A stretch of 64,000 nt of DNA, from the NCBI GenBank assembly GCA_964106915.2, contig OZ066919.1; one strand, 5' to 3'. The DNA comes from Podarcis gaigeae. Its lineage: Eukaryota. This document shows, piece after piece, positions 24,646 to 35,641 of this stretch (positions within the stretch are counted from its first letter, which is position 1; each line of letters begins with the position of its first letter). Under the pieces are notes generated by a model, which did not search any database, was not told the origin of the DNA, and saw only the letters and a program-made list of their open reading frames with translations. The translations under genes were made by a program, and so were the position numbers.

Positions 24646-26049
24646 ATTGCCTTTTGTTTAGGGTTTTCCTGCAAGGAAAGGAGTCTGTTATCCTTAGGGT
24701 CTATTCTGCAAGGGATTAAACATGTCATGGCACACTATGAGCTGACAATTTAGATATGTTTTCAACTAAAGAATTAGTAACTGGAATTTGGATTTTGATC
24801 ATCAATCTTTAAAAAATAAGATTTTTGGTGTTGAGATCTTCAAAACCTCAATAGTGCAGCAGGAGAAGTGTTTGTTTCATAGATTCTGAAGTCCTTCAAT
24901 CAAGGCACAGTTGGTTGCTAAATGCTGCTAAAGGGGCTAGATTCCATGTATGGAAGGACAGGCTGGTTGGCCGCACAACTGCTTCCACTCATTGACCACA
25001 ACTACCTTTCAACTTCTGAAAGGTAGAATTAAGAAGAGTGGCCATGTTAGTTACGAATGCAGTGGGCTTGAGTGCCTGTGAGTGAGCACAAAATCCAATC
25101 CCTCTCGTGGTGCTGACTTCAGCATAGTGGACTGAGGTCAACTGCCATAGTCACCAAATGGTGTTTGCTCTCAACGCCTCAAGAAGCAGGTGAGTAAATC
25201 TTGTGGCAAGCTTTGTTACTGTGGAGCTCCTTTGTATTACACACAAAAGTCTACCAACTCTTTTATTTTTGGCATGTGTGTGTGTCTGTCCTCTGGAGCC
25301 CCTAGATCACCAGCAGTAGCAGCAGTGGAGAGGGGACAATAGGCTTTGTCAGGGCTGGGTTTCTCTCTTACATCGCCTCTGTCCTAGGGAAGGGGGGAGC
25401 CTGTGCAACTCAAGGAGGCTTTGTCTTGCTGGGTTTTATGCACTCTCTTTTGGAGGTAGGGATGGGGTGGGGGAGCAGTGGAACTCCTGAATTTTAATCA
25501 AGTTGAGCTTTGAAGAATTCAAGGCGGGGTGGGGTTGTTGAGAAGGAGGGGAAAAGAGGGGGTTGTTGAGGGGGGGTACTTTCTAACTTAGACCAATGTG
25601 TCTGTGAAGAGGTTCTCCCCCCCCCCCCCCATCAACATTTGCAGCACCCATTTTGGCCATTGAAGCCTCAGGTTTAGAGTATGCTTTTTTTTTCAAGATT
25701 TGGGGAAAATGGGTGGTGGTGATGGTTATGCTATTTGATGGAAGAGTGGTAGGCAGCTGCTTTGTAACTGTTCAGCAGTGGCAGCAGACACTTGTGGCTG
25801 TGTGGAAACTTCTGCCTGAAATGTGGGTATCTTTGAATGGCCACTTCTCTGTCCAGGGAAGCACCAGCCTAACTTATTTCTCTTGCCAATGACAGATTTG
25901 ACTAGTGTCGGCTAAAATAATTCAATCAGCTCAGGCTGTCTTTTCTCCTTCACTGAGAATTCAGGCTGGCCACAGCATAGATCATAGCAGCCTGCTTTGG
26001 GATAGCTGCCTAAATGCCAAGCGAACTATTATGGAAATACCTGACCCTG

Positions 26050-26325
26050 TCAGCATGAACTTAGGTAGAGTGTTAGGACTGGACAAATTCGTGGAGGATA
26101 AGGCTATCAATGGATACTACCCATGATGCCTGTGTCCTGCCTCCACAGTCAGTGGCAGTAATGTTTCTGAATACCAGTGGAATCCATGGGGGGTGTGGGG
26201 GGGGGGTGCGTTCTTGTGCTCAGGTCCCTCATGAAGGTTTTCCACAGGCTTCTGGGTGGTTACTGTACAAACAGGATACTGGACTGGATGGGCTAATGCC
26301 CTGATACAGGAGACTCCTCTTACAG
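26050..26325 (+). mobile_element. CR1 LINE 3' end (ORF2 terminus plus 3' UTR)
   Basis: GGACTGGACAAATTCGTGGAGGATAAGGCTATCAATGG (GLDKFVEDKAING) followed by the typical UTR ending ACAGGATACTGGACTGGATGGGC...CCTGATACAG. Confidence 0.75.
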
Positions 26326-26979
26326 GCAGTCTAGGGGTAGAACTATCAGCTCCCTTCATTTTTAGTCTCTGTTGCTCTTAATAGAACTCAGCAGGGAGAA
26401 AGTTGGAGACAAAACTAGCATTAGTTGGTTACTTCTCTCATTGGCTCTGGCTACATCTACACTCCCTGGCATAGCTGTCAATTTTTCCCTTTTTAAAAGG
26501 GAAATTCCCTTATTCCGAATAGGATTCCTCGCAATAAAAGGGAAAAGTTGACAGCTATGCTCCCTGGCTGCTGCCATACTAGTCCCAGTGGGCACCAACC
26601 ACCACTGTTTGAGAGGCAAAGGGTGGCATGACACACTGTGTAAACCTTTCTGAAGCCCCTGATCAGCACTGAGATAGCAGTGTAGGGCTGGTAGCAAGGG
26701 GGCTTACATTTTTCCTTCCGCACTGTGGTTCCAGTGAAAACCCCAACCCCAAATCTGCTATTTGTCATAGGAGGGAAGATTCCCTTACCTAACATATAGC
26801 GGCTTCTGACAGTGGCTGTTTGTTGGAACTGCAGCATGGGAAGAAAGAGTTTTTAAAAGATTTCTAGATTGCTGGCCATTAGAATAATTCTGGAGCTATA
26901 GACAAGGGAGTGCCTAGTAGTCTCACTTCTCTTTCTAGCTGCTTTGTGTACTCCTGCTAACTTCTCCAGTGATACTTTG

Positions 26980-27121
26980 GTATTCAGGGCCACAGGGCCA
27001 CTTTCTTTCATGGGAAGCCTTCCAAAGGCCACATGCCAGTAGTGGGTGGGGTCAGAGGTAAATGTGGGCAGAGCAGTGCATGCGGCTCTGTAGGTACAAT
27101 AGGCTATATTCCAGCCTTGCA

Positions 27122-27168
<47 letters not shown>

Positions 27169-27355
27169 CATCCAGGCAAGCAAGAGGCATTATCACATTT
27201 GAATGACACATTCTAGAAAGGCAAAAGCAGAACAGGGTCATTGAGAGGTGCAGCTTTGGAAGGGAGATTGGCCTAGGGAAAATCCCGAGGGCTAGATAAA
27301 GAAGCCTGAGGACATTTGGTCCCCAGGCACAGGCTCTACAGTTTACACTCCTGTT
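26980..27355. mobile_element. hAT-like MITE containing an (AC)n microsatellite at 27125-27164
   Basis: GGCCACATGCCAGTAGTGGGTGGGGTCAGAGG and GAGGCATTAT motifs are shared with 5210-5480 and ~14975-15020. Confidence 0.55.
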
Positions 27356-28126
27356 GTGATCAATTCATCTGTATCCCTTCCCATCTGCAATCTGCTCATC
27401 TTATATATGTTGCTCTCTTAGCCCATTTTCACATCAGCTGCTTTGCTCTATTTTTCTTTGTACAAACCTTCTGAACACTGTTCTATTTTAATTTCTTTCA
27501 AATTTACATTTCTGTCACTTTAAACCCTTTCAAGTAGCCACATTAGTGTAGTATTGCCACACAGCACAGGAATGTGATTCTCCCAGTACTATACAAACCT
27601 GTGCCACTTTTTTTCAATCTCCTCTCAGAGTCTCTGTGTAGATGGCATGGTATCTTATTGTATCCGTGCTTGATTTTATCATTCAGCTGCCTGAGAAGTT
27701 ACTTTCCTTTGTTTTGGGCAGAGTCATTTAATATGAAAGCAAGTTCCAAGGCATCCTTGCACTGTGATTCTTTGTCATTGTTCTTGTCTTCAATAGGACC
27801 TGTTATATGTCCTAAACCCCAAGGACTTGCTTCCATTGATGCCTTTTTCTCTAGATCAGTTGAGCTCCTGCTTTCCACTAAGACACAGCTGTCCCTATGG
27901 GATTGACACTGCATCATGGCTCTAAGAAGGTTTACAATATCCATGGCAATCTTTCATAATCACTGATGCATGCACGTTCCATGTGGGCAAGAGAAGTGCC
28001 TGTGTTGGAGCTTTCATATGGCTCCTGTTTTCTGGGCTCAGCATATCCTATGGCTCCTGCTCTCACTTCCTGCCATAATGAAGTGGCAGCAGTGGGAAGT
28101 GCAGAAATTGGGTGCTTCTGGACTGA

Positions 28127-28250
28127 TGGGGTTGTAGCCAACTTATTTTTACTCAGAGTAGACTCATTGAAATTAATGGAAGTAATATAGTCATGTTCAT
28201 TTATTTCCGTGGATCTACTTTTGACTAGGAATAGTATTAACAACAACTCA
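28127..28250. mobile_element. short fold-back MITE (GGGTTGTA...ACAACTC)
   Basis: Imperfect palindrome: AGAGTAGACTCATTGAAATTAATG / CATTTATTTCCGTGGATCTACTTT. Confidence 0.55.
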
Positions 28251-29879
28251 TGGCTCTTAGCTCTAATCAATCACTGCCCTTCTGCTATAAGCTACATGTG
28301 AAATTGCAATGGACTTCCACGTTTCAGGGGGTATGAAAATTGTTTGTGTGTACACCCCAATTTGTTCGGCCTCTACTAGTGTGTGCGACATAGCTGTATC
28401 GGTAACAGGCCTACAACTTTTTTAAAAAGTTGTTTTAGCACTAACTTGGGGGGAGAAACTCAGCACAGGAAAACAACAACAACAACAATTTTATTATTTA
28501 TACCCCACCCATCTGGCTGGTACAGTGAAGTAAATGTTAAAATTTTCACTAAAATTCTTAATTTCATTTTACACTGTTTCACAAATATTGCAATGATATT
28601 AAAAATGAAGCTGAAAAGGTAGAGCAGTTTTAAAAAAGGAAGGTGATACAATTATGTTGGCAAGAAAGTTAAAGTGTGCTGAAAGAGGTGAGTAGCACAC
28701 AGCCACCCCTCTCTAAAAAGATGGAAGAAATGTGCTGAGGCAATCAACACCTGTGGAGATTGTGCTCCTATTCTGTACATCCCCAAAATTCAAATTTTCT
28801 GTGGTCAAAAAAAGGGATGGAAGAACCTTAAGGAAAGAACCACTGTTTAATTACAGTGTCATGTAAAAGTCCTATAAAAAGTGAATGACCAATGTGTGGG
28901 TATTGCAGAGTAAATATCCAGTGGGAAAGAGATGAGTAATTTGTGTAGCTACTAATAAGTAATACTCTGACAAACACTAAGTGAGATGGTAAACAGGTGC
29001 CAGTAAATCCTGATCTGCCGTCTACCAAGCAGATCTAAAGATTCTTAACAAGATCACCTGATAATTATCAAGAGGAATATATTCTGTTAATCCCAACCAG
29101 ATTAATTCCTCCCAGGAGCTGGGGGAACTGAACAGACTGGTCTAATTTGTGATTTTTTAAAATCTTTGATTCATATTTGATTGAGTGATTGAATGATGGA
29201 GTAACTGATGCCATTAAAAAAAATAGCATTATTTTTTTTTCCCATTGAAAATGAGTTGCCTTCCCTTCTGTTCCTGCAAATAACTTTTTATTTTAACATG
29301 AATTGCTCTGGAATTTTGACATTGGTGCTTATTCTCAAAAGTAATTCGGATCTATTTTCTTTCTGTTTTTAATTAAGGTTCAAGTTGATAACTACCTGTT
29401 ATGGGCAAGAGTTAAGTCAAAGCTATGCTAGTGGTCTTCACAAGTTAGATGTATTTTATAATACCTAATGAAGCTGTAAGAACCTTCTTTCCTTCTAGTA
29501 AAACTATAACACAGTTTTAATGTTAGCAACCACCAAGCAAGAATAGCAGCTCTAACTTTAAAGCCATTCTTAGTATTCTTGCTTGACTTGTGATTTGTAC
29601 ACATTTGGCCTGCTATATGCCTCCTTTGCTAGGCAGAGGCCTTAAAATTTTCATTCCCAGCAGTGCTGGAAATTCATGGGTGGTTGAGTTAAACCTGAGA
29701 CTGCATCCTACTTTACCTTGTGTTTCCCTCCCCACTGTTGTCTCCCTTAATTCTTTTCTGTGGTTTTGGTCCCACCTGATTCTTGCTTGCTGGATCACTG
29801 CCCCTCTATCTCAAGGCTCAGTTAACTTTCCTCCTGCAACACAGGTTAAGCCTGTGCTAAGGGATTCTCCGGCACACCC

Positions 29880-30200
29880 TGCTTGCCTTGCTCTGTTGCC
29901 GACAGCTTTTTTCATTATTTATTTAATGTCTTGTACCGTAAATAATGGTGACTTTATGGTTATTAGGAACGGGTTAAGGTACATGCGGGCAGCACCAGGC
30001 TGCCTTCAAAAGGAGCAGCCCCGGCATAAAATGTTGTGATAATTGCTTTACTGCTGAGTGCTTGGTCTTTATTTTGTGTCCGATTTGTCTCTTAAGCCAG
30101 CGTAACATTCTCCCCGCTGCAGGAGAATGCCGAGAGCAAATTGAAGGTCTGAGCGTGAACAATGCAACATGGTGCACTGCTGGGTTTTTCTTTTCCCTTT
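29880..30200. promoter_or_regulatory. candidate conserved non-coding element
   Basis: Unique, CpG-retaining block with HOX-type TTTATGG (29953-29959), CATAAAA, GATAATTG and SOX AACAATG (30158-30164). Confidence 0.5.
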
Positions 30201-31051
30201 CTTCGTTCCTCTGCCGACCACCCCAGTCCCCCTCCCCTTCTAGCTCTCAGCCTCTTTGCAATTATTACACCTCTCCACACCATCTGAACTTAAGAGATAC
30301 CATTGGTTCATCTGGCCCCAGCATTCAGCCCCCTTGAATGACCTATCCTGGGTGCCTCAAAGGAAAATTTATTAGAAGCCATAGAGTTGTTCTTTAATAA
30401 TTCACTGTCTATAAGTTAACCTCATTTCTAGCAACTAGACGTTTGGGGACCACTAGAGCATGAGGTTGAACCCCTACGCCACCTACTCACCCATGGGGCT
30501 GTTAGCTGCTAATGAGCTGTTTGGTACCCCCACATGCTCTACCTCAAGGGCAATGGGAAACAAAGGTATGTCTCCAATGTTTCATGCAGGTGGTGGAGGT
30601 ATGGGGCAGTGCCTGTTTGAAGGAAAAACAAAATAAAGGATGAACAATTAGCAGTTTTCTGTCGTTCCCCAGGATCTCCCAAATCTTGTCATCACCAGAT
30701 TGTTTTTAGATTTTTACTGACCTTGTACCACTGTAGGCTGGCAAACCGCTGCTAAATAAATGTTTAAAATGTTTTTATGTGCCCAAAGCTATTTCAAGGT
30801 ATCCTCCCAAAATTGCTTTATTACTTCTTCCTCATTTCAAGAGCGTCTGCTGCACTTATAACGCTTCATCTGCAACATTTACTGTACATTAGCTGCTGAA
30901 GAGATCTGATCTCTTCCCAAGTCAGTAGCCAAAATGCAGAGCTCCTGATTAGATAGGAGGTCTTGACAGTTTAGCATCTAGTGCCTGTTAAGGCTCTCCA
31001 AGCTCAGGTCCAAGTGGCAATTTCATATTTATGTTTGGAGACACAGTGGCG

Positions 31052-31114
31052 AGAGGTACTCTAACATACTTTTACTCTTTTTTATGTTAGAGGTACTCTA
31101 ACATACTTTTACTC
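31052..31114. repeat. 26-bp direct duplication around an 11-nt insert
   Basis: AGAGGTACTCTAACATACTTTTACTC at 31052-31077 and 31089-31114, with spacer TTTTTTATGTT. Confidence 0.95.
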
Positions 31115-31239
31115 CCCTGTGGCCAGGCAGGGGAAGCCCGGGGAAGGTGGAATTCAGTTTCCCTCTTCCCTCTTTGAATAGACAACACTATGGCATTTGG
31201 AACATTTTCATTATGAAGAATACTGTTTTTGCAGTGAAG

Positions 31240-31560
31240 GGGGATTATTGACAGTGTCGATTCAGGTGGGCGTTAAAGCTGAAATTTCTTGATCATGGGC
31301 TTAATAAGGAACTTCGCTGATTCACTGCTACTGCTTTATCTCTCCCATATTTCAACTTATTCTTTGCATTATAGTGGTGTAAAAAACAAGTTTCTGACAG
31401 CTGTCAGGCCTCCCTTGTTAAATCTTGACAATGGATCTGATGGCAGATAATGAGTCTGTTTAATAATGGTATTACATTAGACCATTTCTGAGTTTGCTAA
31501 TATAAATAGGCCATTTTCAAATGGCCATGTAAGTAGGGCTTACAAGTTCTGCATTCATGT
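31240..31560. promoter_or_regulatory. candidate conserved non-coding element with a TALE-homeodomain palindrome
   Basis: Perfect CTGACAGCTGTCAG at 31394-31407 (TGIF/MEIS/PKNOX dimer motif), plus further TGACA and TAAT sites. Confidence 0.5.
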
Positions 31561-33854
31561 TTCCCATCAAAACCATTGCTTATGGTTTTTTCTGTTTCCT
31601 AGAAGAGTTGGGCCAAGTCCCCATGAGTTTCCAGATAGATAATATCAATATGACATTGAGGGTGTCTACTCGATATGGCAGAAGGCAGGTAAACAATGCT
31701 ACGATGTTTAGAAAGGCAGTCATGAGCTTCAGCCAACCTTTCTGCTCTTATTGTCTTTTTAAATGTCTCCTGAGTTTTCAGGCATTCCTGTTCTGTTCAT
31801 CAGTCCCAAGCTTTGTTCTCTAATATAGGAATTAGGCAGATTCATAAGAAGAAATCTTTGAGGTTTGGATCATGTTGGGTTTGTGAGAGCTTTGTGTAAT
31901 GCCAAGGGTGAGTAGACTGAGAAGTTCATTTTTGTGTGTGAAAGAGCCAGCTCTTCAACTTATTGGGATGCAACATTTTGCAGAGAAGAGGGCAAAGTTT
32001 TTAGTTTCCCAGTATCTCTAGATGTGAACTCAGTTAGCAAAGTACTCAGCTGGTGGATGTAGGATTGCTTCTCCCGTTCCTTGGGACTATGAGGACTTCA
32101 GCCAGAGAATGCTAACTATCTATCTTGGCTGGAGTCTGTAGGCTGGAGTCTTGGCAAGGGGCGAATGAGTGCTTGAAATCAGATTCAGATAAGCCTGCTT
32201 CATCAAGAAAATGGAGGCTGCTAATTGATAAAGAAAAGGACATAAATGAAAATATGAATGTGAGCAGCCTGGAAGGATTTGTTTTTGGATATTGAATAGC
32301 TTCGAAATCTTTTACAGTACAGTTGGTGTCTCGTTTGAGTAATCCGTTTAAGAGGATGCTCTCTTTGGCTAACAAATGTGGGTACTGAGGGACAGAAAGC
32401 AGTAGGGATAGTGGGGGAAGGCAGGAGAGAATGTCTGCTATAGGCAGTCCTGAGATTGGGGTGGCCCTGAAGAAACAGTGGCTTTAAAATAAATAAATAA
32501 AGGCAAGAAGCTTCCCAACTCCATTATGGGCCTGTAACCGGCCACCGAAGTCAGCAGCAAAATGGCTAGCGCTTCAGCCTCTTCAGGCTTAATGTGTCCT
32601 GTTTTCTGACCCTGAAACATTCCCTTTATGAAAGGATCAAGTTGGGAGCATTGTCCCAGTGCCTTGAAAAGAGCGGCACAGAATGTGCTTTTGTGTTAAC
32701 TTGCCTTTTTTTTCATTTTCTGAGCTACTGCCTGCTGTGCTCCCCCCCCCCCCACCTTTTTAAAGGCGACTAGGCAGAAGGGGGACGGGACGGGAAAGAG
32801 AGGCTGGGAAGGACAGTGATACAGACAGAGACTGTCTTGATGAACCATCTGTGCTGGGGTGTAGTCCAGTGGAGCTGAAAAATTAAACAGCATTTTCAAT
32901 TAACTTTCTGTCCCTTTTTCTCCAGTGCCTTTTCTCTTCCCTTCCCCCTTCCTGGTTTTCTATGGAAGTTTTTATTTTAACTCTTTGAAAGCTGTTGCAG
33001 GAGTGGGAAGATGTTTGCTTTTAGGACAGGTCCTCTGGGAGTAAATCCATGAATTGCTAGGCAGTGTCAGATGGTTGTACTCCATTAACTCCATTCCCCG
33101 TTTCTTACAGAAGTATTACTCAGCCCCTCCACTTTTGCAGAAGCTATAAGGCCTGTACCTATTCTTTGTTTTCATATAGGCTCAAACCTTAAGGTTACTC
33201 TTTTTGAGCCATCCCATTATCGAGACCTTGTTTACACTTGGGTTGCTGTAACTGTCACAGCCTTGTCCTTGTTTATTGTTACAGGGAATTGTGCTTCCTT
33301 TTTTCTAAACTTACACACAGTCATGTTGTATATAAGTATTTTCTGTTTTCCATTTATAGACCTGTTACACATTGAGGCAGACCAAATGACTGCTACTAGT
33401 GCCTCCTCAGTGATATAGTACAAATGGGAGTGTGGCCCAGGAGTCCATTAGAATTAGGTGAGATGGATAGTGAGGGTTAATTTGCTCCCCATTATTGAGG
33501 TGTGAATAGCTAAGGATTAAGTATCAATTGCCCCTGAGTGGCTGTGTTCACACTTCAGCTAATGAGCTACTGTGTAAGCTGCACATCTCACATGAATAAG
33601 TAGTAGGGTTACAGTGCCAGTTGGAGGGCACTGCTGGTCATTTTGCCGCCACCACAGGGATTGACTCCAACCCCAATACTGGAATTTCAGCAGCAGTTGG
33701 TGCTGCTACACTCATTTTCCTCCTTCCTTTTCTCCTGGCTATATAGCTGTCTCACACAAGGAATTTATGTGTTTCTGGCTGGGCTGGCAATGGTAATGTT
33801 TAAGGGCTGCCATTGTGTTCCAGGGTGACCTAGACTGGCATGACCTTGTGTTTA

Positions 33855-34110
33855 GCTGAGATAAATAAATAAGGTAGATAAATAGGTACCACTGCGGCAG
33901 GAAGGTAAACAACGTGTCTGTGCACTCTGGTTTCCATCACGGTGTTCTGTTGCACCAGAAACGGTTTAGTCAAGCTGGCCACATGACCTGGAAAGCTGTC
34001 TGTGGGCAAACACTGGCTCCCTCAGCTTGAAGTGAGATGAGCACCGCATCCCATAATCACCTTTGACTGGACTTAACCGTCCAGGGATCCTTTACCTTTT
34101 TACCTTTACC
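33855..34110 (+). mobile_element. Sauria SINE (Squam1), 5'-truncated, older copy
   Basis: GTAGATAAATAGGTACC...GGAAGGTAAAC...CTGGCCACATGACC...ACCTTT tail. The possible TSD TGTGTTTA lies at 33847-33854 and 34111-34118. Confidence 0.85.
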
Positions 34111-34509
34111 TGTGTTTAATTTTTTTGTAAGTGAATAGCTTTATGATTACTTTCAAGGGAAGATGACTAAAACAGCATGTCTCTGTCCTAGAGTTGGATG
34201 CCACTTTAGCCGCAGTAGTGCAGATGTCTCTGTACAATGTAGCTAAATCATGCTAGTGGTCATGTAAACATAAATGTTTATAAAATGCTTCTCTCATTGC
34301 ATCTGAGATTGGTGATTCTTCTTAAGTTCCCTGACATTGTGTGTCTTGTACTTTGTTGAGCCAAAGATAGCAAAAGTTGTGGACATTCATTCCTAGGTTA
34401 TCCCAAAATAGCTTCTGTAGGGTTTAAATCCAGCTTTGAGAATAGCAAATGGATCCTTCATCCCTGTAGGCAAAACTGTGTGTGTAGCTCAGCACCTCAT
34501 TTTGGCTTG

Positions 34510-34900
34510 CATTTCCTTCCCTTTGTTTGAGTCTTGTCCGCTGAAAGTCTGCCCTCTCAGCATCCATCCCCTTTCCCAGGTCATTAATAAGTGTATTAAA
34601 GAGTATGGTGCTCAGGGGCTCTCCACAGTTAATCTTCTGCCTGGACCAAAAGTGGCCGTTCATTCCCACTCCCAGCTCCTCTCTTTCTTAGGCACTTTCT
34701 GACCCGTGACAATACTTTGCCTCCCACCCTACATTAGCTTCGTTTCTTTAGTAGCCTTCTCGTCAAAGGCTTTTTGAAAACTCTATATAAATTATGTTAG
34801 CTAGTTCTCCTCTATCTGCTCTTTGGCCTAGAGACTGATACAATACCAGAAGATAAAGACAGAGTCTATTGTCTTTTGCAGATGCTGTGCTGGTTTTGTT
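34510..34900 (-). mobile_element. ancient CR1 RT fragment
   Basis: The minus frame MGMNGHFW...GEPLSTILFNTLINDLGKGMD is a decayed CR1 [31 protein letters not shown] motif. The KAFD motif (GTCAAAGGCTTTTTG on the plus strand) is at ~34762. Confidence 0.6.
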
Positions 34901-35520
34901 AGCATCCTAATTGTGATTGTCATCAGGATTTATAATTCTTCAATTTTCAAAGTCAATCTACCTGTCACTCAAGGGTGTGTAGCAGCTCAAGCTTCCCATG
35001 ATTCTACCTGCTGTATTTTTCAAAACAGATTTAAAAATTGCTAGACTTGGGCCTCATGGCAGACTTTATGGAGTGGTGTGATGTTTTTATTAGTAGGTAA
35101 GCCTTCCCATTGGACTTTTTGAACATGATTCATAAATCAGCCCTTTTTTAAATGGGTCAATAAGGTGAAAGTAAATTGGCTACATTTCGGTTTTCTTCCT
35201 TGAGTCAGGGACCTGACTCTTAGCAATACTCTTTCAAATGGGATGTATATGCATGGTGGAAGTGGCAGTAGAATAGAATCATAGAGTTGGAAGGGACCAT
35301 GAGTTCATTATAACAATATAATATAATTAATATAATAGAATGATTGTGTGACATTATTATTTTTCCACCCTTCGCTCATTTTATAATGGTGCTCAAAGGT
35401 AGTTCAAATAGAGCAAGCAGCATTCTTAGGCTGAAGTTCTATACTTGCTTACCTGAGAGAAAGCTCAGTTGAAGTTAATGGGAGTTATGTCAGAGTAGAC
35501 ATGTCTGGGATTGCTCTACA

Positions 35521-35641
35521 TAGAATCATAATGGTAGAGTTGGAAAGGACCCTGAGAGTCATCTAGCCCAACCCCCTGCAATGCAGGAATCCTACCCACA
35601 TCCACCAACCTTTTGGTTAACAGCTAGACCCACTGTGCCAC
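35521..35641 (-). mobile_element. SINE-like element with a CR1 3' tail
   Basis: TAGAATCATA..GTAGAGTTGGAAAGGACCCTGAGAGTCATCTAGCCCAACCCCCTGCAATGCAGG, then a tRNA-head-like AACCTTTTGGTTAACAGC..CCACTGTGCCAC. A partial tail also occurs at 35269-35310. Confidence 0.65.
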
